Shown here: positions 45,151-52,094 of the stretch, piece by piece
Numbering within the stretch: the first letter of the stretch is position 1
How the letters are laid out: each line of letters opens with the position of its first letter
Made by a program: the position numbers and the translations under genes
Notes under the pieces: generated by a model
Told to the model about the DNA's origin: nothing
What the model saw: only the letters and a program-made list of their open reading frames with translations
The model's database searches: none
Source of the DNA: Thainema sp.
GTDB taxonomy: Bacteria > Cyanobacteriota > Cyanobacteriia > Phormidesmidales > Phormidesmidaceae
Reading direction: 5' to 3'
Length of the DNA: 52,094 nucleotides
Assembly: GCA_052168235.1 (NCBI GenBank)
Contig: JBQLZK010000055.1
Coordinates: 1-52,094, forward strand

Positions 45151-47370
45151 ATGACCGCTGCCGATCTGCCCGCCCTAATTCATCTGCATGGCGTTGTTGA
45201 ACGCCTCACCTTCCATGCCGATGACACGGGCTATACCGTCGCTCGCCTCAACGTCACCCGTGAACCCGAGCTGATTACCATCGTCGGCACCTTTGCCCAT
45301 ATCGAACCCGGCCAAACCCTCAAGCTGTTTGGCTTCTGGCGTGAGCATCCCAAATACGGCAGCCAATTTCAAGTCAAACACTACCAGGAAACCAAACCCG
45401 CTACCCTCACGGGCATTGAAAAGTACCTCGGCAGCGGCTTAATCAAAGGCGTTGGCCCCGTTACTGCTCGCCGCATCGTCAATCACTTTGGCCTAGAAAC
45501 GCTGGATGTGATTGAACAGGATATCCAGCGACTGATTGAAGTGCCGGGCATCGCGCGCAAACGGATTGAGCTGATTCAAGCTGCTTGGGTCGAACAGCAG
45601 GCCATTAAAGAAGTGATGCTGTTCCTGCAAGGTCACGGTGTCTCCACCACCTATGCCGTCAAAATCTACAAAACCTATGGCAACGATGCCATCGCTGTCG
45701 TGACCCATAACCCCTATCGTCTCGCTACCGATGTCTACGGCATTGGCTTTGTCACCGCCGATGCCATTGCCCGGAACCTGGGCATTGCCCCTAACTCCGA
45801 ATTCCGCTACCGAGCCGGACTAGTTCATGTTCTGAGCGAAGCCGCTGACCAAGGCCACTGCTATCTGCCCAAAGCCGAACTGGTGCAGACAGCGATGAAG
45901 CGGCTCACGATTGAGGATCATCAGCCCCATCCCGAAGTCCTAGACCCGCTGATTGAACAGATGGCCACCGAGCAAGAGCTGATCCTGCATCATCATGACG
46001 AGCAAGCCTGCTGCTACAAACCCGCCTTCTACGTCGCCGAACAACACCTGGCCCAGCAGGTGCAGCTGCTCCTCTCGCACCCCGTAGCCGTCGATGTCGC
46101 CCGCGTCCAGCGCTGGATTCAGCGCGTGATTGACACCACGGGTCTGCCGCTCTCCCTCGAACAACAGCAGGCTGTAGAAATGGCCGCCAGCCACCGAGTG
46201 CTAATTTTGACCGGCGGCCCCGGCTGCGGCAAGACCTTCACCACCCGCACCATCGTTGCCCTCTGGCAAGCGATGGGAAAACGCCTGCTGCTGGCCGCTC
46301 CCACCGGACGAGCGGCCCAGCGCCTGAGTGAGATGACTGGCAAAGAAGCCAAAACCATTCACCGCCTCTTAGAGTTTGACCCCAGCCACCTGAGCTTTCA
46401 GCGACATGAGGCTAATCCGCTCGATACCGATGCCGTCGTAATTGATGAAGCCTCCATGCTGGATCTGTTCCTAGCCAATGCCCTGCTCAAAGCCATTCCA
46501 GCCCAGGCGCACTTACTGCTGGTAGGCGATATCGACCAGCTGCCCAGCGTTGGCCCCGGTAACGTGCTGCGCGATCTGATCGACTCTGGCTGCATTCCCG
46601 TGGTGCGACTGACGCAGGTGTTCCGGCAGGCCCAGGCCAGTCAGATTGTGGTCAATGCCCACCGGATCAACCACGGCGACTTTCCTCAGCTGGAATCAGT
46701 CTCTCCCCGACCCCGTAGCGACTGCCTCTGGCTCGGAGCCCCCGAACCGGAACCGGGCATTCAAGGCATGAAAGACCTAATCCAGGAGCTGATTCCGACC
46801 TTAGGCTTTAATCCCGTCCGCGATGTGCAAGTGCTTTGTCCCTCCCGGCGGGGAACGATGGGCACCCGCAATCTGAATCAGGTGCTGCAAACCTGGTTGA
46901 ATCCGGCTCATCCCCAAACCGCAGAGCTAAATCGTGGTAGTCAAATCCTGCGGGTGGGCGATCGGGTGTTGCAGCAGGTGAATGACTATGAGCGAGATGT
47001 CTTCAATGGTGACTTAGGTACCGTCGTTGAGATCGATGCCGAGGAGCAGGCAGTGAAGGTGCAGTATGACCAGCGGTGGGTGACGTATGACGCAGCAGAC
47101 TTAAATGAACTGACCCTGGCCTGGGCAGTCACGATTCATAAATCGCAAGGCAGCGAATATCCGGTGGTAATTCTGCCGCTGTTTACGCAGCACTACCTGA
47201 TGCTGACCCGCAATCTGCTCTATACCGGACTCACCCGCGCCAAGCAGTTAGCGATTATTGTGGGTCCCAAGAAAGCGGTTGCGATCTCAGTGGGACAGGT
47301 ACGCGATCGCCAGCGATATACGCTGCTAGACTGGCGCATCAACGCTAACATTTCCGAGTATCAATTGTGA
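45151..47370 (+). CDS. recD2: ATP-dependent RecD-like SF1B DNA helicase
   Basis: N-terminal OB/HhH region (IKGVGP), TGGPGCGKT, DEASM, GDIDQLPSVGPG, TIHKSQGSEY and LYTGLTRA motifs. Confidence 0.93.
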   Translation: MTAADLPALIHLHGVVERLTFHADDTGYTVARLNVTREPELITIVGTFAHIEPGQTLKLFGFWREHPKYGSQFQVKHYQETKPATLTGIEKYLGSGLIKGVGPVTARRIVNHFGLETLDVIEQDIQRLIEVPGIARKRIELIQAAWVEQQAIKEVMLFLQGHGVSTTYAVKIYKTYGNDAIAVVTHNPYRLATDVYGIGFVTADAIARNLGIAPNSEFRYRAGLVHVLSEAADQGHCYLPKAELVQTAMKRLTIEDHQPHPEVLDPLIEQMATEQELILHHHDEQACCYKPAFYVAEQHLAQQVQLLLSHPVAVDVARVQRWIQRVIDTTGLPLSLEQQQAVEMAASHRVLILTGGPGCGKTFTTRTIVALWQAMGKRLLLAAPTGRAAQRLSEMTGKEAKTIHRLLEFDPSHLSFQRHEANPLDTDAVVIDEASMLDLFLANALLKAIPAQAHLLLVGDIDQLPSVGPGNVLRDLIDSGCIPVVRLTQVFRQAQASQIVVNAHRINHGDFPQLESVSPRPRSDCLWLGAPEPEPGIQGMKDLIQELIPTLGFNPVRDVQVLCPSRRGTMGTRNLNQVLQTWLNPAHPQTAELNRGSQILRVGDRVLQQVNDYERDVFNGDLGTVVEIDAEEQAVKVQYDQRWVTYDAADLNELTLAWAVTIHKSQGSEYPVVILPLFTQHYLMLTRNLLYTGLTRAKQLAIIVGPKKAVAISVGQVRDRQRYTLLDWRINANISEYQL

Positions 47371-47856
47371 TAATCTTTGATGTCTTAAAGATGGCAATAA
47401 CGGCATCCAGACTGGCAACGCTGAGTAATTTCCTGCATGAGTTGAGACTAGCTAGAGTACTGCAAATACGCAGTAACGCTCTCTACCATTAAGCTTAGGA
47501 AATATCAACAACCAAGTTGGATGCCGTTAGTTGGATGTGAAACAGATTCAATCGGAAATCGATACTGACCTCCTTTTACTGAGCAATTGAATTGTTCCTT
47601 GAACGAGGAGTTTTTTAGCTCCTTGCTAATAGAATACCCCGTTGATGTTGGGGATTCCGCAGGGCGGATACCAAAGTTTACGATCCCGGATGCAGACAGA
47701 TTGTTTCTCTTGTGTTTGCACGTTATTCGTCCGAGCTAGGGCAAAAGAGTCGAGGTAATGGGCGGTTATCGGTCTCAGGTGTAGATTTCCGATTTGCTCA
47801 GTGCCCAAACCGAACACTTTGAACGGATCTGGCTTTGGTTTGGGGTCTACACACTG

Positions 47857-50800
47857 CTAGGCCAACAGTGTTTGAGGTAGGGGCTCAGACAAGGTTTGCT
47901 GATGGGTAAACACATCAAGATAGGTGTAAATCGTTTGTCGATCCACGACTGGGCAGGTAATAGTGCTACCGTTGAGGGCTGAGATCGCATGGCTACAATC
48001 AAAATCTGCCGTGTTTGTATAAAGTTCTAAAATGGTCAGCTTTTGGTCGTAAATTTTCTCATTGAGAAAAGGCAGTAGCGGATAGAGAGCATTGCTTTGG
48101 GAGCGACGGCACTGGCCTGAAAGCCGCTCTGCCCAAGCATCATACGGCATTCGCTGGAGAGGATAGCCATAGTCTTGCACCCACTCAAACAGATCATTCC
48201 AAGCGAAATCCTTGGCGGCTGACCAAGGGGTAATGTGGAACGTACCGCCAATGGAGTCTGGCTGTTGAGACAGGTGTAAAATGGCCCGACTGGCATAGTC
48301 TACCGTCACCACTTGGTTCTTAAAGTTGACTAGGTCGGGGTAAGCACCAAGCTGAATGCAACCCAGCAGGGAGCGGGAGAGAAAGTCTTGAACATTGGCG
48401 GCTCCGGTGCAGCTGTTGCCCGTGATGAAGCCAGGTCTGAACACGGTGATCGGCATCCCCTGAGCTTTCGCAGCTAGCAGCATTTTTTCAGCCACCCACT
48501 TACTTTGAGCATAGCCATCGTCCCAGCAGAGGAAGTCGCGGCTGATATCGAGGTCGTCGTCTTCATGGACCATTGACTGACCCGTAAAATATGCGATCGC
48601 GCCAAACACGCCGACTGTTGAAATATAGTTGACTGGTTTCACCTGTCCCTGGCTAGCTAGCTTCAGGATTTCCCGCGTGCCCATAACATTTTCGGCTTCG
48701 AGTGCGGAGTAAGGTTTGACAAAGTTCACCATCGCCCCGGAATGGTAAATCATGTCTACTTGGTCGGCTAGTCGGGCAAACTGCACCGAGGAGAGTCCAA
48801 AATGAGGCTGATTGAGATTACCTGGCACGGGTACCACTCGATCAATCAAGTGAGTTGTCGGTAATCCATATTTGGTGAAGGTTGTGCGGAGGCGCATCAG
48901 CCCTTCTCGGCGACTACTGGCTCGGACTAGGCAGAAGATGCGGGCTTCCGTTTGTTGTAGTAGTTCATGCAGCAAGAAAGCGCCCAGAAATCCCGTTGCT
49001 CCAGTCAGAAAAACAGCGGTAGGAGCTTCAAGACGATTCTGATCCGGCGCATGTTTGGATCGTTTACGGTTAGCAATTTGCGGCGGTTCGGGAATGGGCT
49101 GGGTTGTCAAATCAGTCAGCACAGCTAAGGGGTTGCCGCCCGCTTCCTGTAAGGTTTGCAAGGTCTGAGCTAGAGTGATGACTGTGGGTGATTCATACAC
49201 ACAGCGAACGGGCAGCTCAATGTCCAATGCGTCTGCTAGTAAGCTGACGAGCTGAGCTGCCAGTAGGGAACTGCCGCCGAGTTCAAAAAAGTTGTCCGAG
49301 CGGCTCACGACTGGGATTTGTAATACGTTGCTCCAGATGTCAGCCACCTGCTGTTCGAGCTGAGTCTGTGGCAGATCGGTTGCAGCTAATTGAAGATTGT
49401 GTAGCTCTTCTGGAGCAGGCAGCGCCTTGCGATCCACTTTGCCGCTAGGACTCAGGGGCAGACTATCTAATACCAAAAACTGCGCCGGAACCATGTAGCT
49501 CGGCAGCTTGGTTTGCAGATGGGCCTTGAGTTTAGCGATCCAGTTGCCGTCAGTCGTCATCTGGCTAGTATCTGGCAGTACATAGGCTACTAACCGCCGA
49601 TTCCCCAAGGCATCGTTAGGAGCCAGCACGATTGCTTCCTGTATGGTGGAATGCTGATTGAGAACCGCTTCAATTTCAAATAGCTCGACTCGAAAACCGC
49701 GAATTTTGACTTGGTGATCGGCTCGCCCTAAAAATTCCAGCACGCCATCACCGCGATCGCACACCCGATCGCCACTCTTGTACATGCGAGCTGAGTCATT
49801 GGGAACAAACGGATCGGATAGAAACCGCTCTGCCGTTAGCTCTGGGCGATTCAGATATCCTCGCGCGACTCCCACACCACCGATATAAAGCTCACCAGGC
49901 GTTCCCGGTGCGACGGGTTGCATTGCTTCATCCAACACATAAATTTGTGCGTTGGGAACGGCTCGACCAATGGGCGAATTTTCAGCTCCAGCCACAGCAT
50001 CTGGCCCCGCCAAATCACACATCGTTGCTACAATCGTGGTTTCAGTCGGGCCATAGGTGTTGACTAGCCGTACCCGATCTCCCACCTGCTGCCGCCACTG
50101 AGCCAAGCGAGCAGAAATCGCCTTTTCACCACCGATGATGACTAGACGCACGCTCTCTGGCGGAGTCAATCCAGTTCGCTCTAGCTCTGTGGTCAGGAAA
50201 TGCCAGAAGGCAGTCGGCAAATTCCAAACCGTGATGCCCCACATCTGAGATCGCGCCACAAAAGACTGAACCGAACCAATCATTTCTTCGCTCCGCAGCA
50301 CCAAAGCGGCTCCCCGCACCAGACAGGGATAGATTTCTTCTGCTGACGTATCAAAGCTGATCGACGCGAACTGCAAGACCCGATCGGCTGGCTGTATGGC
50401 ATAGGCATCGGCTGCGGTTCGCACATAGGCCGCCAACGAGCGATGTTCAATCATCACTCCTTTAGGTTTGCCTGTGGACCCTGACGTATAGATGATGTAG
50501 GCCAAGTTGTGAGGCTGTACCCGGTTAGGTAGATTTGCGGCTGACTCTTGAGCAATTGCTTCCCACTCAGCATCAAGACAGACGACTTGAGTATGATCCG
50601 TCTGCATCCAGTCAGCAGCGATCGAGCGGTTCGTCAACAGCAGCGGAGCCTGAGCGTCCGCCAGCATAAGTTCTAAGCGCTCCCTGGGATAGCTTGGATC
50701 CATAGGCACGTAGGCTCCACTAGCCTTGAGAATGGCAAGTAGAGCAATAATCAGTTCCGGTGATCGCGGTAAACAAAGTCCGACGAGCACCTCTGACGTT

Positions 50801-50973
50801 ACCCCTTGCTTTTGCAAGAAATGGGCTAAACGGTTAGCGCTGGCATTGAGCTGACGATACGTGAACTGACGTCCCTGATCGATTAAGGCCACTGCATCAG
50901 GCGTTTGCTCAACTTGAATCTCAAATTGCCGATGAACTAAATCGAATACACAAAGTTGAAGCATATCTTTCAT
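47857..50973 (-). CDS. Single-module NRPS-like enzyme: adenylation - PCP - thioester reductase (A-T-R)
   Basis: YTSGSTGKPKG, YGPTE, YKSGD and GKVDR A-domain motifs; FFELGGSSL PCP serine; TGATGFLG and YAQSK reductase motifs; no C domain. Confidence 0.92.
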   Translation of the reverse strand: MKDMLQLCVFDLVHRQFEIQVEQTPDAVALIDQGRQFTYRQLNASANRLAHFLQKQGVTSEVLVGLCLPRSPELIIALLAILKASGAYVPMDPSYPRERLELMLADAQAPLLLTNRSIAADWMQTDHTQVVCLDAEWEAIAQESAANLPNRVQPHNLAYIIYTSGSTGKPKGVMIEHRSLAAYVRTAADAYAIQPADRVLQFASISFDTSAEEIYPCLVRGAALVLRSEEMIGSVQSFVARSQMWGITVWNLPTAFWHFLTTELERTGLTPPESVRLVIIGGEKAISARLAQWRQQVGDRVRLVNTYGPTETTIVATMCDLAGPDAVAGAENSPIGRAVPNAQIYVLDEAMQPVAPGTPGELYIGGVGVARGYLNRPELTAERFLSDPFVPNDSARMYKSGDRVCDRGDGVLEFLGRADHQVKIRGFRVELFEIEAVLNQHSTIQEAIVLAPNDALGNRRLVAYVLPDTSQMTTDGNWIAKLKAHLQTKLPSYMVPAQFLVLDSLPLSPSGKVDRKALPAPEELHNLQLAATDLPQTQLEQQVADIWSNVLQIPVVSRSDNFFELGGSSLLAAQLVSLLADALDIELPVRCVYESPTVITLAQTLQTLQEAGGNPLAVLTDLTTQPIPEPPQIANRKRSKHAPDQNRLEAPTAVFLTGATGFLGAFLLHELLQQTEARIFCLVRASSRREGLMRLRTTFTKYGLPTTHLIDRVVPVPGNLNQPHFGLSSVQFARLADQVDMIYHSGAMVNFVKPYSALEAENVMGTREILKLASQGQVKPVNYISTVGVFGAIAYFTGQSMVHEDDDLDISRDFLCWDDGYAQSKWVAEKMLLAAKAQGMPITVFRPGFITGNSCTGAANVQDFLSRSLLGCIQLGAYPDLVNFKNQVVTVDYASRAILHLSQQPDSIGGTFHITPWSAAKDFAWNDLFEWVQDYGYPLQRMPYDAWAERLSGQCRRSQSNALYPLLPFLNEKIYDQKLTILELYTNTADFDCSHAISALNGSTITCPVVDRQTIYTYLDVFTHQQTLSEPLPQTLLA

Positions 50974-51457
50974 CCAGCAACAAATAATGTGATTTTCGAT
51001 ACATGAAAACCGCGCCGATCAAGATGTTGCTCGGCAGTTATTCAGGGAAAAATCCCGCTATTTTTTCAAAACCTTAGGTGAGATCCGTAAACGTACTCCC
51101 GTAGAGACACTTAGGTTTTATGACCTTGAAGCGCTCTTTATTTCATGGGCTCAGAATATCCACGGAGTATCTCGCTTGGCTTCCGTAATAGTACTGAAGC
51201 GATAATGTTTTTTCTGTAAGACAAAATTTTAAGGAACGCCTGCTTTTACTTAAAAAGCAAGCGTAAAAGTACGTGTATTTTGCAAATATTGTGCAAGATC
51301 TTTTAGAAGATAATGCTTAGCATTAGTATAAATACTGTAATTTTTCTAAAAGTTAGTACAAGTTCTTTATTGATAATTTGCATTTATCTGCGTATTGGTC
51401 AGTGGACAGCCGAGCTAAATTTGCTGTGAATTCCAAGATGCCGAAGATAAAAGTATG

Positions 51458-51497
51458 AAAGTGACACGAATAACCTGGTGAGAAGGTGCGATCGCAC
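51458..51497. repeat. Right-half copy (C) of the HIP1-bounded element
   Basis: AAAGTGACACGAATAA ... GTGCGATCGCAC aligns to 45030-45073; the left arm is absent. Confidence 0.6.
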
Positions 51498-51512
51498 CGT
51501 GAATACTAAAGT

Positions 51513-51701
51513 TTATGATTCCTGAGAGAGGCAGACTGAGGTAATCGACGAGTCCCCCAAATCAAAGCCCAGAGCATCCTCGCCATCATTAGCTAACTCT
51601 CGCACATGTCCCATGCTGGCCTTGATGATCCAGCCTGAGCCTAAAATCTGGCCCAGCTTTTTCAGCTTACCCGGACTTTCAATCAGCAGTAGATTTGGCA
51701 T
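51513..51701 (-). pseudogene. topA: Type IA DNA topoisomerase N-terminal (TOPRIM) fragment
   Basis: LLLIESPGK.KKL..ILG.GW.IKASMGHVRELA; stops after about 62 aa. Confidence 0.85.
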
Positions 51702-52094
51702 GATAATTGCGTCTTGACCTCGTGATTTAATAGTACACTTAAACCACTTTATTGCTGATAATAGGCGACTTACTTTGTCATCAACTTCGCCGTGGCACAG
51801 CAGGTCGGAGGCGTCTTAAGGTGGGCCTATCCAGAGGTTATGTGCTTGGCCTACACGACGTTAGCGCGGAATTCTCCTGTCGTTATAGTTTCAGGCATAT
51901 TATCCGCATCTCCTATCCATAAAGGGTTGGGACGCTTTTGGGACGCTTTGGCGACTCTTCTTTTTTTATTCTTGCATCAGGTCAAGTAACTCATCCAATT
52001 AATCATCGTCCTAATGGGTTTATTGGTGGGATACTAGCCTCCTTTCTCTCATCTGGAGTTTAGACTAAAGAGCGAAAGAAAATCGCGGTCGTGC

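Noticed and set aside
51351..51745. LexA-like AGTAC half-sites near the NRPS and topA
   Set aside because: Spacing or second half-site does not fit the cyanobacterial LexA consensus
51928..51957. TTGGGACGCTT short tandem repeat as a possible iteron
   Set aside because: Only about two and a half copies and no rep gene in the window

Overview
Cyanobacterial DNA, judged from the dense HIP1 octamer GCGATCGC, heptamer STRR repeats and a PEP-CTERM protein. It is probably a large plasmid or mobile island, since it carries recD2, a truncated topA and several IS remnants. There are three blocks. (1) About 0-21.8 kb is a redox/stress island built symmetrically around a giant Ser/Thr-kinase-AAA-GAF-PAS-histidine kinase and a NarL-type regulator. 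Homologous inverted promoters carrying a perfect 16-bp palindrome drive two outward operons, each with a near-identical ycaC-like hydrolase, and katG closes the block. (2) About 22-40 kb is a type I-D CRISPR-Cas locus: a 28-repeat array, cas2, cas1 with an in-frame nonsense codon, cas4, cas6, csc1, csc2, cas10d with an internal cas11d start, cas3' and a WYL regulator. Most gene junctions hold passengers (REP/RAYT, a DUF433/DUF5615 toxin-antitoxin pair, Uma2, a PD-(D/E)XK-like gene, a four-helix-bundle gene). (3) About 40-52 kb holds a MITE-like element, a PEP-CTERM M28 peptidase, IS1182 and IS1 elements, recD2, an orphan A-T-R NRPS and a topA fragment. The most unexplained signal is a ~120-bp HIP1-bounded element with a 17-bp inverted repeat. 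It occurs in direct orientation on both sides of the CRISPR-Cas block, with a half copy next to the truncated topA. Family assignments come from motif recognition, not database searches.
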